A stretch of 64,000 nucleotides of DNA from Alphaproteobacteria bacterium (GCA_041396725.1 JAWKYA010000003.1:13323-77322); one strand, 5' to 3'. Numbered from the stretch's first letter, positions 20,763-34,087 are shown. Translations and numbers: made by a program. Notes: generated by a model from the sequence alone, not told the origin.

Positions 20763-21631
20763 CCGCGGAACCTTGGCTCTGGCAGCCCTGGAACATCGAC
20801 ACGGACAGCGAAGATACTCCCTGACTGCGGGAAGGTCTTAAGTTCATCCGGGGACCGGTTCTCACGCAGACTGGTGATATAGAGGGTTTTGAAGTCTTCC
20901 CCTCCAAAGGCAATCATCGTTGGACAGCGCACGGGCATAGGGATTGTATAATCAAGCTGACCGCTTGGTTTAAAACGGGCAATGCGGTTACCTTCGTAAA
21001 GCGCGCTCCAGTAACATCCTTCGGTATCGATTGCTGCGCCATCGGGGCGGCCTTCGTCAGGCTTGAATTCCAGAAAGATCCGACGGTTAGATATGCCGCC
21101 TGTGGCATCGTCGTAATCGAAGATCCACACCTTCTGGGCGCGACTATCGGACCAGTACATTCGTTTATCCTGCGTCGAAAAAGCCAAACCGTTCGCTGTC
21201 ACCACCTCTCCCGCCATTCGCCGGGTTGTCCCGTCAGGATCAAGTCGATATAGGGCTGCCGCTGGTTTATCCTTAAGTTCGTATAAAGTTCCTGCCCAGA
21301 ATCTTCCCTGCGGATCGCACTTTCCATCGTTAAAACGAGTATGCGGCCTATGGAGGTCGGGATCGACAATCTTGGTCACTTCGCCCGTCTCGACATCGAC
21401 AAAGTGAAACCCACTGCGTAAGGCCGCCACGACACCGCCCTGCTCTCGCAAAGCAAAGCACCCAATGTCTTCAGGCATAGGCCAAGAGTCATTGAGCCCT
21501 GTTTTCGGATTAAATCGATTGAGGGCAGGCTTCAAAATATCAACCCACCAGAGAACTTGATCGCGCACACACCAAACAGGGCACTCCCCCAGCTCAGCCC
21601 GAATATCGAGAACACAGCGCACCTCGGTCAT
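20759..21631 (-). CDS. SMP-30/gluconolactonase/LRE-family sugar lactonase.
   Basis: MTEVRCVLDIRAELGECPVW, LWWVDI, RFNDGKCDPQGRFWAG, NGLAFS and DGAAIDTEGCYW. I chose the start at 21631, one nt after the upstream gene's stop. Confidence 0.8.
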   Translation of the reverse strand: MTEVRCVLDIRAELGECPVWCVRDQVLWWVDILKPALNRFNPKTGLNDSWPMPEDIGCFALREQGGVVAALRSGFHFVDVETGEVTKIVDPDLHRPHTRFNDGKCDPQGRFWAGTLYELKDKPAAALYRLDPDGTTRRMAGEVVTANGLAFSTQDKRMYWSDSRAQKVWIFDYDDATGGISNRRIFLEFKPDEGRPDGAAIDTEGCYWSALYEGNRIARFKPSGQLDYTIPMPVRCPTMIAFGGEDFKTLYITSLRENRSPDELKTFPQSGSIFAVRVDVPGLPEPRFRG

Positions 21632-21632
21632 G

Positions 21633-23324
<1,692 letters not shown>

Positions 23325-23360
23325 ATAATTGGAAGTCATGGCCTACCGAAGGAGCCACCC

Positions 23361-24818
23361 ATGAAGCTTAAAGATTCTAAATTGTTTCGGACCCAAGCTT
23401 ATATCGATGGTCATTGGGTCGATGCCGACACGGGTGAAACCTTAACCGTCGACAACCCAGCTAACGGTAAACCTCTTGGTACGGTGCCGAAGATGGGCGC
23501 CACCGAAACCCGGCGCGCGATCGAGGCCGCTTATAAAGCCTTCCCAGCCTGGGCGGCAAAACCAGCTAAAGAACGCAGCACAATCTTGCGACGCTGGGCG
23601 GAACTGATGCTCGAGAATCAGGAAGATCTTGCGCAACTCATGACCGCCGAACAAGGGAAGCCCTTAGGGGAGTCTCGTGGCGAAATCGTATACTCTGCGT
23701 CTTTTCTCGAATGGTTTTCTGAGGAAGGCAAACGGATTTATGGCGACACGATCCCTGCCCCTAAAACAAGTCAACGCATCGTTGTCTTAAAACAACCCAT
23801 TGGCGTTTGCGCCTCTATTACACCATGGAACTTCCCTTCCGCCATGATTGCACGCAAAGTTGCACCGGCGCTTGCAGCTGGCTGCACCATGGTCGCAAAA
23901 CCGGCTTCGCAAACACCCTATTCGGCCTTTGCCATGGCCGAGTTGGCGGCCCGTGCCGGTGTCCCGGCTGGCGTGTTTAGTGTTGTGACTGGAAGCGCCG
24001 CAGCGATTGGCGGTGAGATGACCTCAAATCCAATCGTTCGCAAAATTACCTTCACTGGCTCGACCGAGATCGGTAAGGTTCTGATGGCGCAAGCTGCTAG
24101 CACTGTGAAAAAAGTCAGTATGGAGCTTGGTGGCAATGCGCCCTTTATTGTGTTCGACGATGCTGATCTCGACGCTGCAGTCGAGGGTGCTATGGCCTCG
24201 AAATATCGTAACGCAGGTCAAACCTGCGTCTGCGCCAATAGAATCCTTGTCCAAGACAAGATCTACGATTCCTTTGCTAAAAAATTACAAACTGCCGTCG
24301 CTCAGTTGAAGGTCGGCGATGGACGTGAGGCCGGCGTCACAACCGGCCCCCTGATCGATGCTAAAGCTGTAGAGAAAGTCGAATCTCATATCGCCGATGC
24401 CGTAAAAAAAGGTGCACGGATCATCGAAGGCGGGAGGCGTCATCCCCTTGGCGGTAATTTCTTCGAGCCAACCGTGCTGGTCGATGTAAAACCCGATATG
24501 GCTGTTGCACGGGAAGAAACCTTTGGACCTGTCGCACCCCTATTCCGTTTTAAAGATGAAGACGATGCTATCCGCCTCGCCAACGCCACAGAATTTGGCC
24601 TTGCCGCTTATTTTTATGCGCGCGACCTTGGCCGCGTATGGCGCGTGGCTGAAGCGTTAGAGTACGGTATCGTTGGTATTAATGAAGGGATCATTTCGAC
24701 CGAAGTCGCACCCTTTGGCGGTGTTAAAGAATCCGGTATTGGCCGTGAAGGCTCGAAGTATGGAATCGAAGACTACCTCGAGATCAAGTACCTTTGTATG
24801 GGTGGCGTAAGTCGGTAA
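23361..24818 (+). CDS. gabD: NAD(P)-dependent succinate-semialdehyde dehydrogenase-type aldehyde dehydrogenase.
   Basis: The protein is near-colinear with E. coli GabD as I recall it: PANGKPLGTVPKMG, ITPWNFPSAMI, VSMELGGNAPFIV, NAGQTCVCANR, EETFGP and GSKYGIEDYLEIKY. Confidence 0.8.
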   Translation: MKLKDSKLFRTQAYIDGHWVDADTGETLTVDNPANGKPLGTVPKMGATETRRAIEAAYKAFPAWAAKPAKERSTILRRWAELMLENQEDLAQLMTAEQGKPLGESRGEIVYSASFLEWFSEEGKRIYGDTIPAPKTSQRIVVLKQPIGVCASITPWNFPSAMIARKVAPALAAGCTMVAKPASQTPYSAFAMAELAARAGVPAGVFSVVTGSAAAIGGEMTSNPIVRKITFTGSTEIGKVLMAQAASTVKKVSMELGGNAPFIVFDDADLDAAVEGAMASKYRNAGQTCVCANRILVQDKIYDSFAKKLQTAVAQLKVGDGREAGVTTGPLIDAKAVEKVESHIADAVKKGARIIEGGRRHPLGGNFFEPTVLVDVKPDMAVAREETFGPVAPLFRFKDEDDAIRLANATEFGLAAYFYARDLGRVWRVAEALEYGIVGINEGIISTEVAPFGGVKESGIGREGSKYGIEDYLEIKYLCMGGVSR

Positions 24819-24820
24819 GA

Positions 24821-25831
24821 TTAAGGTGGAGTCACCCGCTCAGCGCGCTTCTCTATTTCTTTATAAAGCGCATCCGGTATCGTGATGCCCTCCGCTTGCG
24901 CCTTGGTGCGCATCTCCAAACGTCGCGACCCCGGAAGCCGCGTTCCTTGTTGCTTGAGGATCTCGCCACCGAGTTCGGCAATGCGCGGCACGACACTGGC
25001 GCCACCGAACCGCTGAGGATCGATGATCAGAAAGAATTGACCAATGAGGGGTGGCGAGCCTTCCGCATCGAGAAACGAGCTGGCTTCATAACCGAAATTC
25101 GCCCCTGTCAGTCCAGCTGCAAGGATCTCAACCATCAAAGCTAAAGCTGCGCCCTTCGCATCGCCCATCGGGATCATTGTGCCGGCAAGTCCAACCTTGG
25201 CATCTTGAGTGGGCTTACCGTCAGGATCGAGCGCCCAACCCTCGGGGATAGGCTCATTACGCTGAACGGCAACCATGAGCTTACCGCGCGCCACCTTAGA
25301 TATGGAAAGATCAATTACTAAAGGATGATCGCGACCGCTGGGACAGGCGAAGGCAATGGGGTTGGTACCAAAGAGACTCTTAGTTCCACCCCAAGGCGCA
25401 ATCGATGCCGGTGCATTGCTAAATGCCAACGCCATGAGCCCCCGGTTCGCCAAGGGCTCGATATGATAACCTGCGGCACCGAAATGATGGGAGTTAACAA
25501 TGCCAAGACCGACGACACCCATGTCACGCACGATGTCCTCGGCTGCTTTTAACCCCATAATAATGGCAGGATAAGCAAAACCACCATCCGCATCCACCAT
25601 AAGCGCCCCTGGCGCCGTGCGCCGCAAAACAGGGGTTGCTATAGCCTTTACCTTTCCAACGACTGCTTGATCTGCATAAGCAGGCAACCGTGCCAACCCA
25701 TGACCGATAAGGCCATCCGCCTCGGCAGCGACAAGAGCTGCTGCGACGATCGCCGCTGTAGCTGGTGAAACGCCACTCACAACTAAAGCGCGGATCACCA
25801 GGGATTGCGCCGCCTCGAGAGAAAGATTCAT
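24821..25831 (-). CDS. Ldh2-family (malate/L-lactate/sulfolactate-type) dehydrogenase.
   Basis: GHGLARLPAY, NSHHFGAAGY, LFGTNPIAFA, KVARGK and GDAKGAALALMVEILA. It is 336 aa. Confidence 0.75.
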   Translation of the reverse strand: MNLSLEAAQSLVIRALVVSGVSPATAAIVAAALVAAEADGLIGHGLARLPAYADQAVVGKVKAIATPVLRRTAPGALMVDADGGFAYPAIIMGLKAAEDIVRDMGVVGLGIVNSHHFGAAGYHIEPLANRGLMALAFSNAPASIAPWGGTKSLFGTNPIAFACPSGRDHPLVIDLSISKVARGKLMVAVQRNEPIPEGWALDPDGKPTQDAKVGLAGTMIPMGDAKGAALALMVEILAAGLTGANFGYEASSFLDAEGSPPLIGQFFLIIDPQRFGGASVVPRIAELGGEILKQQGTRLPGSRRLEMRTKAQAEGITIPDALYKEIEKRAERVTPP

Positions 25832-25867
25832 AGAGAATACGAAGGATACATTAACCGTAGGAATAAA

Positions 25868-25944
<77 letters not shown>

Positions 25945-26000
25945 GTGGGCAGCCATAAAACCAGGCTTGCGAGGTGGTGTAGAGCACCCCTCCTAGAGTG

Positions 26001-26876
26001 TCAAGCCGGCGGCACACCTTTCCTATGATTTTCCTGAGGAATCAGACGTTCCACCCGCCAGGATGCCCCCGGTTCACGGGACAGGATTCGACAGAGCCAC
26101 GGTAAGATACGGTTAAGCTCTATCCCAAGGGTATAGGGAGGATTAATAAGAGCCAAGCCACATCCGTTCAACCGCTCAAGATGATCGAATGAAAATGGCG
26201 CTAACTCTGCTACCCAGATTTCCTTGAATGCAAATCTACGCAGTGCTTTAAGAAATTTATCAACCGGCGGGCGCGTTTTGATCGGGTACCAGATCGCATA
26301 GGTTCCCGTTACCCAACGCCGCTCAGCTTCTTTGAGTACCCGGATGAGACATTGAAATTCATCTGCACGTTCAAAAGGGGGATCGATGAGAACCAGTCCC
26401 CGACGCTCAGGTGGCGGTAATAATGCTTTAATTGCTTCGTATCCATCGCGCACTTCAACCCGAGCTTGGGGATCACCGCGAAAAACTCTGCGCAAATCCT
26501 TAGCGTCTTCCGGATGAAGCTCCACTGCGACCAGTCGATCCTTCGTACGCAGCAGTTTTTTAATAATAAGAGGCGAACCGGGATAGTTTGTGATCACGTG
26601 TGAACTCGGATTCATCCCTCGCACCAAATCAAGATAAGGCAAGACCTCGGATGGTGCTTCTGTCGACTGACCTAGTATCCGAGCAATCCCATACTCGGCT
26701 TCTTGGGTTCGCCTGGCCTCATCGCCCCCTAGATCGTAAGCGCCTCGACCCGCATGGCTATCCAGTACGAAGAATGGTTTATCCTTATGCGTGAGGTAAC
26801 CCACCAGCCGGCACAGAACGATATGCTTCAGAACATCGGCAAAATTGCCCGCATGATAGGTATGGCGGTAGTTCAC
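26001..26876 (-). CDS. rlmJ: 23S rRNA (adenine2030-N6)-methyltransferase.
   Basis: The N-terminus MNYRHTYHAGNFADVLKH...LDSHAGRGAYDL matches the RlmJ/YhiR signature, and the IDPPF motif is present. Confidence 0.8.
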   Translation of the reverse strand: MNYRHTYHAGNFADVLKHIVLCRLVGYLTHKDKPFFVLDSHAGRGAYDLGGDEARRTQEAEYGIARILGQSTEAPSEVLPYLDLVRGMNPSSHVITNYPGSPLIIKKLLRTKDRLVAVELHPEDAKDLRRVFRGDPQARVEVRDGYEAIKALLPPPERRGLVLIDPPFERADEFQCLIRVLKEAERRWVTGTYAIWYPIKTRPPVDKFLKALRRFAFKEIWVAELAPFSFDHLERLNGCGLALINPPYTLGIELNRILPWLCRILSREPGASWRVERLIPQENHRKGVPPA

Positions 26877-26926
26877 GTCGCTACATATCCGCTGTGAAGC
26901 CCTAGATATCTTATGGCAGTGTCTGA

Positions 26927-26940
26927 TTGATAAAAATCAA
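26927..26940. promoter_or_regulatory. Perfect FNR/FixK/CRP-class palindrome TTGAT-N4-ATCAA.
   Basis: The sequence ttgataaaaatcaa is centred about 57 bp upstream of the rlmJ ATG, in a 390-bp stretch with no recognised gene. Confidence 0.4.
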
Positions 26941-27267
26941 CATTACAGTCTCTTTTTAGCGAAAGCTCTGTCAGAAGCAGTTTTTAACTTGAAAGCCTGT
27001 TTCTCATCCAAGAATACTATGTAAGTTTTCACCATATTTGGACATATGCGGTACCTCTTTTTGCATTATGACGAGCGAACCGCATTTTCAGATCATCTGT
27101 GACACCAGGGTACTATCGATCTGGAAAAGCGATGCTGCGGAGAATGTAGATATCTTTCATATTGCCAATGTTGCTTCGCACCTATGGCGTGACAGCGCCT
27201 TCGCTTAGCTGCTCCCTTCGTCCATCAGGCCTGAAAAGGCTTGTTGCCGAACCGAAGCGCGCAGAGC

Positions 27268-27342
27268 TGGTGGGCGGTGAGGGATTTGAACCCCCGGCAT
27301 CCTCGGTGTAAACGAGGCGCTCTACCGCTGAGCTAACCGCCC
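27268..27342 (-). tRNA. tRNA-Val (TAC)
   Basis: Hand-folded: acceptor GGGCGGT/ACCGCCC, anticodon stem CCTCG/CGAGG, loop TTTACAC, T-loop TTCAAAT, encoded CCA. It is 75 nt. Confidence 0.9.
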
Positions 27343-27408
27343 ATGCCCCAAGCACTCTCCTAATCTTTTCCTTAGGCCGTCATTAAAACGAAAACCTCTC
27401 AAAAAGCA

Positions 27409-27432
27409 ACCGGCCGCCCAACGGCGGCCGGT
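27409..27432 (-). terminator. Hairpin downstream of hup.
   Basis: accggccgcc-caac-ggcggccggt is a perfect 10-bp stem lying 29 nt past the hup stop. Confidence 0.55.
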
Positions 27433-27460
27433 CACGCAACACTTAAAGATCGTGAGCGCG

Positions 27461-27736
27461 TTAGCGATTCACTGAATCCTTCAGAGCCTTGCCCGCCTTG
27501 AACTTAGGCTGCTTGGATGCAGGAATCTTGATCTTTTCGCCGGTGCGAGGATTGAGACCCTCGCTGGCAGCTCGATGAGAGACGATGAAAGTCCCGAAGC
27601 CAACAAGGCGAACTTCGTTCCCCTTCTTGAGAGACTTCGTAATCGCTTCAAACACACTATCGACCGCCTTGGCGGTATCGGCTTTGGAAAGACCGGTGTT
27701 ATTAGCTACAGCAGCAACGAGATCATTCTTATTCAC
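27461..27736 (-). CDS. hupB: HU-family nucleoid DNA-binding protein.
   Basis: MNKNDLVAAVA...VRLVGFGTF...RNPRTGE-like (GLNPRTGEKIKIPASKQPKFKAGKALKD). It is 91 aa. Confidence 0.9.
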   Translation of the reverse strand: MNKNDLVAAVANNTGLSKADTAKAVDSVFEAITKSLKKGNEVRLVGFGTFIVSHRAASEGLNPRTGEKIKIPASKQPKFKAGKALKDSVNR

Positions 27737-27980
27737 GATTATACCCCTATCCTTCTGATTGCGATGGAGCAGGCCGAAACCCTAGAGAAACTGCGCCTTT
27801 CAAGCGGAGCGGAGTTTATGCACGTCGGTTTTCCTCTGTCAACGGCAACCCGTCATTTTTTCCGCAGAAATCTGCGATTTTACAAAAAAACTAAGGCGTA
27901 CAAGGCGTTCCAGGCACCTCGGTCAGAGTTTTTCACGCGTAAAAGGCGCTATTTTAAGAAGAAAATTCGGCAGGCTGGAT

Positions 27981-28014
27981 AAAAAAATGGGCGACTCGTT
28001 AAGCTGAGTCGCCC
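27981..28014 (-). terminator. Rho-independent terminator of lon.
   Basis: On the minus strand, gggcgactc-loop-gagtcgccc is followed by a T7 run. It begins 24 nt past the lon stop. Confidence 0.75.
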
Positions 28015-28037
28015 CAAAAACTGTCTTAATCTTTAGG

Positions 28038-30437
28038 TTAATGGGTAATAACCGATCCGTGCTCACCTTCAACGGCAGCCGGAACAGGTGGTGGCACTGG
28101 CGGCCATTCGATCGCGACCGGCCGGGTCACCAATGCCTGGTTTAAGACCTCATCCACCGTCGCCACGGGAATAATCGTGAGCTCCCGTTTCACATTGTCG
28201 GGGATATCGGCCAGATCCTTTTCATTTTCTTTAGGGATCAGAACCGTTTTAATATTTCCGCGCAAAGCAGCCAGGAGCTTTTCCTTTAACCCACCGATGG
28301 GTAATACGCGCCCCCGCAAGGTCACTTCCCCCGTCATCGCCACATCGTGCTTAACCGCGATTCCTGTCAGAAGAGAAACGATCGACGTTACCATAGCGAT
28401 ACCTGCCGACGGTCCATCCTTTGGTGTCGCACCTTCCGGAACGTGGACGTGAATATCCGTCTTATCAAACCGGGTCGGCTCGATACCTAGCCGTGGCGCC
28501 CGGGATTTAACGTAGCTTTCTGCTGCTTGAATCGACTCTTTCATGACATCGCCCAGTTTCCCTGTCGACGTCACCTTGCCCTTACCGGGCACGGTCACCG
28601 ACTCAATCGTCAGGAGCTCACCACCCACTTCCGTCCACGCAAGCCCTGTGACCATACCGATCATGTCTTCTTTCTCGGCCTCGCCATAGCGGAAGCGTTG
28701 GACGCCTGCGTATTTAGAAAGATTACGCCGCGTGATCCGGATCGATTTAAGACCGTTCATCACAATCTCTTTGACCGATTTACGGGCAAGGTTTGATAGC
28801 TCGCGCTCAAGATTACGGACACCGGCCTCACGCGTATACATCCGGATCAAGTCGCGGATTGCATCATCGGAAACGGCAAACTCATCCTTTTTAAGGCCAT
28901 TATCTCCAACAACCTTTGGCAAAAGATGCTGCTTCGCGATTTCGACTTTTTCATCCTCGGTATAGCCGGGAATACGGATAACCTCCATACGGTCGAGCAG
29001 TGGCTGCGGCATCCGCAGGGTGTTCGCCGTACAAATGAACATCACATCCGATAGATCGTAATCGACTTCGAGATAGTGGTCGTTAAAGGACACGTTTTGC
29101 TCGGGGTCGAGAACCTCGAGAAGCGCCGAGGTTGGATCTCCGCGCCAGTCGGCACCCAATTTATCGATCTCGTCCAAGAGAAACAACGGATTGGATGACT
29201 TGGCTTTTTTCATGCCTTGGACGATCTTGCCCGGCATAGAACCGATATAGGTCCGCCGGTGGCCTCTTATTTCGGCTTCATCGCGCACACCGCCTAAACT
29301 CATCCTCACGAAGTTACGACCGGTCGCAGATGCAATAGACTTACCCAAAGAAGTTTTGCCAACGCCGGGAGGTCCCACAAGACACAAAATTGGCCCCTTC
29401 AGCTTTTTCATACGCTGTTGAACGGCAAGGTATTCCAGAATGCGCTCCTTGACCTTCTCAAGCCCATAATGATCAGCGTTGAGCGTACGCTCGGCCAGCT
29501 TGAGGTCGCGTTTGATCTTGGTTGGCTTTTTCCATGGAATACTGGTCATCCAATCCAGATAGTTCCGAACCACCGTCGCCTCGGCCGACATCGGGCTCAT
29601 ATTGCGGAGCTTCTTAACCTCATTTAAGGCCTTGTCGCGCGCTTCTTTCGTCAGCTTGGTTTTTTTGACTTTCTCTTCAAGCTCAGCCAGTTCGTCACGA
29701 CCCTCTTCGCCTTCACCAAGCTCTTTCTGGATCGCCTTTAGCTGTTCGTTGAGATAATACTCGCGTTGGGTTTTTTCCATTTGCCGTTTAACACGGTTGC
29801 GAATGCGTTTCTCAACCTGCAGAACGCCAATCTCACCTTCCATGAAGGCATAGACCCGTTCAAGCCGCTCGCTGACCTTAACCGCTTCCAGCAAATCTTG
29901 TTTATCCTGAATCTTCAGAGCCAGGTGCGAAGCAATGGTATCCGCAAGCTTGCCGGCATCTTCGATTTGGTTAACCGAAACCAGAACCTCGGGGGGAATC
30001 TTCTTGTTAAGCTTGATATACTGCTCGAACTGCGCCACGACGGCCCGTTGTAGGGCCTCGGTTTCGCGGTTACCCTCGGCATCCAGTTCGATCGCCTCGG
30101 CATACGCTTGAAAGAAGTTTTCATTCTCGGCGTACTGCAAAACCCGAGCCCGGCGCGTTCCTTCGACAAGAACTTTAACCGTACCATCAGGAAGCTTCAG
30201 CAGTTGGAGAACGGTGCCGATTGTGCCGATGGCATAAATATCGTCTGTGTTCGGTTCGTCCTGAGACGCATTACGCTGAGTCATCAGAAGGATTTGCTTA
30301 TCGTCCTTCATGACATCTTCAAGGGCACGAACGGACTTCTCGCGGCCGACGAACAAGGGCACGATCATATGGGGGAAGACCACAATATCGCGCAGAGGAA
30401 GAACGGGGTACAAAACACCTTGGGTTACGGTCAACAT
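28038..30437 (-). CDS. lon: ATP-dependent Lon protease.
   Basis: [23 protein letters not shown], Walker [10 protein letters not shown] and the catalytic PKDGPSAG. I trimmed the start to [15 protein letters not shown] at 30437. Confidence 0.95.
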   Translation of the reverse strand: MLTVTQGVLYPVLPLRDIVVFPHMIVPLFVGREKSVRALEDVMKDDKQILLMTQRNASQDEPNTDDIYAIGTIGTVLQLLKLPDGTVKVLVEGTRRARVLQYAENENFFQAYAEAIELDAEGNRETEALQRAVVAQFEQYIKLNKKIPPEVLVSVNQIEDAGKLADTIASHLALKIQDKQDLLEAVKVSERLERVYAFMEGEIGVLQVEKRIRNRVKRQMEKTQREYYLNEQLKAIQKELGEGEEGRDELAELEEKVKKTKLTKEARDKALNEVKKLRNMSPMSAEATVVRNYLDWMTSIPWKKPTKIKRDLKLAERTLNADHYGLEKVKERILEYLAVQQRMKKLKGPILCLVGPPGVGKTSLGKSIASATGRNFVRMSLGGVRDEAEIRGHRRTYIGSMPGKIVQGMKKAKSSNPLFLLDEIDKLGADWRGDPTSALLEVLDPEQNVSFNDHYLEVDYDLSDVMFICTANTLRMPQPLLDRMEVIRIPGYTEDEKVEIAKQHLLPKVVGDNGLKKDEFAVSDDAIRDLIRMYTREAGVRNLERELSNLARKSVKEIVMNGLKSIRITRRNLSKYAGVQRFRYGEAEKEDMIGMVTGLAWTEVGGELLTIESVTVPGKGKVTSTGKLGDVMKESIQAAESYVKSRAPRLGIEPTRFDKTDIHVHVPEGATPKDGPSAGIAMVTSIVSLLTGIAVKHDVAMTGEVTLRGRVLPIGGLKEKLLAALRGNIKTVLIPKENEKDLADIPDNVKRELTIIPVATVDEVLNQALVTRPVAIEWPPVPPPVPAAVEGEHGSVITH

Positions 30438-30598
30438 TAGGCCTCTTTTGCTTAGGATCCGATAGGCAATACGCATACCGGCGTAAGGGGCGAAGCGAGC
30501 GCTTCGGCTAATTATGTTGGAAAGCAGTCGACGCAATCAAGGGGCCTAGGGCAAAAGATCCCTGATTTTAATCGCTGTCTCACCCAAAAATTATAGAA

Positions 30599-31864
30599 TT
30601 ATGCTGAAGTTTCAAGCTCTTCACGGCGTTCAGCATAGATATAGAGGGGTTTTGCGCGGCCATCTACCACCTCTGCGCTCACCACAATTTCTTCCACAGA
30701 CTCAAGACCGGGGAGCTCGTACATGGAATCCAGCAAGATTTCTTCCATAATAGATCTTAGGCCCCGCGCGCCCGTTTTGCGTTGGATCGCCCGCTTTGCC
30801 ACCGATTTCAAGGCTTCATCGTTGAAAGAAAGGCGCACATTCTCCATTTCAAAAAGGCGTTGATATTGCTTAACCAAAGCATTCTTTGGTTTGGTTAAGA
30901 TATCCACAAGCGCCGACTCATCAAGATCGTCCAAGGTAGCCACAACGGGTAACCGGCCCACAAACTCTGGGATCAATCCGAACTTCAATAGGTCTTCTGG
31001 CTCGACCTCATGAAGGATCTCGCCGGTGCGGCGATCATCGGGGCCACGCACATTGGCGCCAAAGCCAATCGAGGTCCCCCGTCCCCGCGCCGCGATGATT
31101 TTTTCAAGACCCGCAAAAGCACCGCCACAGATAAAGAGGATATTGGTGGTATCGACCTGGAGAAACTCTTGCTGGGGATGCTTACGGCCACCTTGGGGTG
31201 GAACCGAGGCGATGGTACCTTCCATAATCTTCAGTAATGCCTGCTGCACACCTTCGCCAGAAACATCGCGCGTAATCGAAGGATTATCTGATTTACGCGA
31301 GATCTTATCGACCTCATCGATATAGACGATGCCGCGCTGGGCCCGCTCGACGTTGTAGTCGGCCGCTTGCAACAGCTTTAGAATAATGTTTTCAACGTCT
31401 TCACCCACGTATCCTGCCTCAGTCAGGGTCGTGGCATCCGCCATGGTAAAGGGGACATCCAGGATCCGCGCCAGGGTCTGTGCCAGAAGGGTCTTGCCGC
31501 ATCCAGTCGGGCCGATCAGCAAAATATTCGACTTGGCGATTTCGATATCGCCGCTTTTTTGACCACTGTTAAGTCGCTTGTAGTGATTATGCACGGCAAC
31601 AGAAAGGACACGCTTGGCATGGCCTTGGCCAATCACATAGTCGTCGAGGACCGATTTAATATCCCGAGGCGTCGGCACACCGCCACGCGATTTCGCAATA
31701 GCGGACTTGTGATCCTCGCGGATAATATCCATGCAGAGCTCGACGCACTCATCGCAAATGAATACGGTCGGACCTGCGATCAGTTTGCGTACCTCATGCT
31801 GGCTTTTGCCGCAGAAGGAGCAATAAAGGGTGTTTTTGCCATCACCCCCGGTGGACTTCGTCAT
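30599..31864 (-). CDS. clpX: ATP-dependent Clp protease ATP-binding subunit ClpX.
   Basis: Zinc finger [26 protein letters not shown], Walker A GPTGCGKT, and [10 protein letters not shown]. Confidence 0.95.
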   Translation of the reverse strand: MTKSTGGDGKNTLYCSFCGKSQHEVRKLIAGPTVFICDECVELCMDIIREDHKSAIAKSRGGVPTPRDIKSVLDDYVIGQGHAKRVLSVAVHNHYKRLNSGQKSGDIEIAKSNILLIGPTGCGKTLLAQTLARILDVPFTMADATTLTEAGYVGEDVENIILKLLQAADYNVERAQRGIVYIDEVDKISRKSDNPSITRDVSGEGVQQALLKIMEGTIASVPPQGGRKHPQQEFLQVDTTNILFICGGAFAGLEKIIAARGRGTSIGFGANVRGPDDRRTGEILHEVEPEDLLKFGLIPEFVGRLPVVATLDDLDESALVDILTKPKNALVKQYQRLFEMENVRLSFNDEALKSVAKRAIQRKTGARGLRSIMEEILLDSMYELPGLESVEEIVVSAEVVDGRAKPLYIYAERREELETSA

Positions 31865-32011
31865 GGATCGAAAGTCCTCATCACGATAAGTTAACTCCCT
31901 CCCATGTTAACCAAGTGCAACCCCTTGCGACAACGGTTAATATGCAAAAGCCTACGATTAAATGCATAGTAACGGATACCGAATCGGCAAAAATGACATA
32001 AAAATGCCCGA

Positions 32012-32656
32012 TTAAGCCTCAACCACCGGCTTTACCACCTCTTCGGTTGTGGGAGGGCGAGATTCGACAACCTCATCGATTAACCCAAACGCCTTGGCTT
32101 CGTCGGCCGAGAGAAACTTATCCCGTTCCATAGCGCGCTCGATCTCATCGAGCGGCCTTCCCGTATGTTTGACATATATCTGGTTAAGCCGGGCGCGTAC
32201 CGCAAGGATCTCGCGCGCATGAATTTCAATATCGCTTGCTTGACCTTGGAATCCACCGGAAGGTTGATGCACCATAACCCGTGCATTGGGGAGACAAAAC
32301 CGTTTCCCGGACGCCCCCGCCGTCAGCAACAACGACCCCATCGAAGCCGCTTGACCAATGCATAGGGTCGACACATCGCAGCGGATATACTGCATCGTAT
32401 CATAGATAGAGAGCCCTGCGGTCACCACGCCGCCGGGCGAATTAATATAAAAGGCAATATCCTTATTCGGATTCTCCGACTCTAAAAACAAAAGTTGGGC
32501 GCAAATAACCGAGGCAACGGCGTCATGAACGGGCCCTGTGAGAAAAATGATCCGCTCTTTTAAAAGCCGCGAATAAATATCAAAAGCACGCTCTCCGCGA
32601 TTGGTCTGTTCGATGACCATCGGGATCAAGGGGCTCATTGTGATTTGGTTATCCAT
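32012..32656 (-). CDS. clpP: ATP-dependent Clp protease proteolytic subunit.
   Basis: [34 protein letters not shown] (active-site Ser) and VMVHQPSGG. Confidence 0.95.
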   Translation of the reverse strand: MDNQITMSPLIPMVIEQTNRGERAFDIYSRLLKERIIFLTGPVHDAVASVICAQLLFLESENPNKDIAFYINSPGGVVTAGLSIYDTMQYIRCDVSTLCIGQAASMGSLLLTAGASGKRFCLPNARVMVHQPSGGFQGQASDIEIHAREILAVRARLNQIYVKHTGRPLDEIERAMERDKFLSADEAKAFGLIDEVVESRPPTTEEVVKPVVEA

Positions 32657-32689
32657 AAAATCTTCCCATAGCTAAGTCAGGTATACGAA

Positions 32690-34087
32690 TTATTCCGATG
32701 CTTTCTTACGAGCGCTAGATTTTTTCTTTGCTGTTTTTGCCGCGGCCGTAGCTCCTTTTTCGCTATCGCCTTCGTCTGAATCGGCCAACAAATCCGCCAA
32801 GGGTACATGACGATCCGATACCTTTGCCAATTCGACGATAAAATCGATCACCTTGTCTTCAAAGACCGGGGCCCGCAAACTCTCGCGCGCCTGCGCCGTC
32901 TGGCGATAGTATTCAATAACCTGTTGTTCTTGACCTGGATACCGGCGTGCCTCGGCTAAGGCCGCCCGGTCAAGATCGCTTTCAGATACCTGGATATTGT
33001 TAACCCGACCCACCTCGGCAAGAAGAAGCCCTAATCGAACCCGGCGCTCGGCAATATCCCGATACTCTGTCTTTACATCAGCCTCCGACTTACCGTCTTC
33101 GTCCACATCTTCGCCGCGCGCCCTCGCGTCTTCGACCTGTTTCCAAATGGTCTCGAACTCCGTATCGACAAGCCCTTCTGGCGTCTTGAAATTGGCTATT
33201 TTAGCTAATTGATCCAACAGATCGCGCTTCAGGCGCATCCGGGTATAGTGGCCATAGTCTTCGACCATTCGCTCGCGCAACGCCTTACGCAAAGCCTCTA
33301 AATTTTCAAGACCCATTTGTTTTGCAAAATCATCATCCAAAACCGCCGGCTCAGCCTCACGGAGCTCCTTGATTGTCACATCAAATAAGGCGTCACGCCC
33401 CGCTAGATCGGCCTTGGCATAATCTTTAGGAAAAGTAACTTTGATGGTAGAGACCTCGCCCGATTTCTTACCGACAAGCTGATCTTCAAATCCCGGAATA
33501 AAGCTGTTCGAGCCAAGTTCGAGGTGATGCCCCGTACCGCCCATCTCAGGGCGTTTATCCCCGTCGATGCTTCCTGCAAAATCGATGACCACCGTATCGC
33601 CTTTGGCTGCTGGACGCGCTGCCTCCACAAGTTTGGTGCGCTTCATGTTTTCGGCCATGCGTTTCAATGAAGATTCGATTTCAGCATCGGTCACATCGGC
33701 CAATTTCCGCTCCAACTTTACCTGGCCGAAGTCCGGAATCTCGATATCGGGGAGAAGCTCGACCGCCACATCGAATTCCAAGTCCTTCCCTTCGTCGAAG
33801 GCTTTAATCTCGACTTTTGGTTGCGCCGCCGGACGCAACCCCTTATCTGCAAGCGCCTTGGCCGAACCATCCTGGACCAAATCCTGGAGAACCTCGCCCA
33901 TAACGCTGGCACCATAGCGCTTTTTCAGAACCGAGGCCGGTGCCTTACCCGGGCGAAATCCCGGCAAAGTCACTTGCTGACTCAGGCTTTCAAGACGCGA
34001 TGCTACCTTTTGTTCGATATCCTTAGCCTTGATAATGACCTTGAATTCCCGCTTCAAACCATCGGCTTTCAGTTCGGTAACCTGCAT
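32690..34087 (-). CDS. tig: Trigger factor.
   Basis: MQVTELKADGLKREFKV..., GFRPGKAP (ribosome-binding signature), and an FKBP-like middle domain. Confidence 0.9.
   Translation of the reverse strand: MQVTELKADGLKREFKVIIKAKDIEQKVASRLESLSQQVTLPGFRPGKAPASVLKKRYGASVMGEVLQDLVQDGSAKALADKGLRPAAQPKVEIKAFDEGKDLEFDVAVELLPDIEIPDFGQVKLERKLADVTDAEIESSLKRMAENMKRTKLVEAARPAAKGDTVVIDFAGSIDGDKRPEMGGTGHHLELGSNSFIPGFEDQLVGKKSGEVSTIKVTFPKDYAKADLAGRDALFDVTIKELREAEPAVLDDDFAKQMGLENLEALRKALRERMVEDYGHYTRMRLKRDLLDQLAKIANFKTPEGLVDTEFETIWKQVEDARARGEDVDEDGKSEADVKTEYRDIAERRVRLGLLLAEVGRVNNIQVSESDLDRAALAEARRYPGQEQQVIEYYRQTAQARESLRAPVFEDKVIDFIVELAKVSDRHVPLADLLADSDEGDSEKGATAAAKTAKKKSSARKKASE

Noticed and set aside
30438-30536. 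Upstream extension of the lon ORF ([15 protein letters not shown]...).
   Set aside because: The conserved Lon N-terminus begins at [17 protein letters not shown]. The extension has no similarity and would consume the promoter region.
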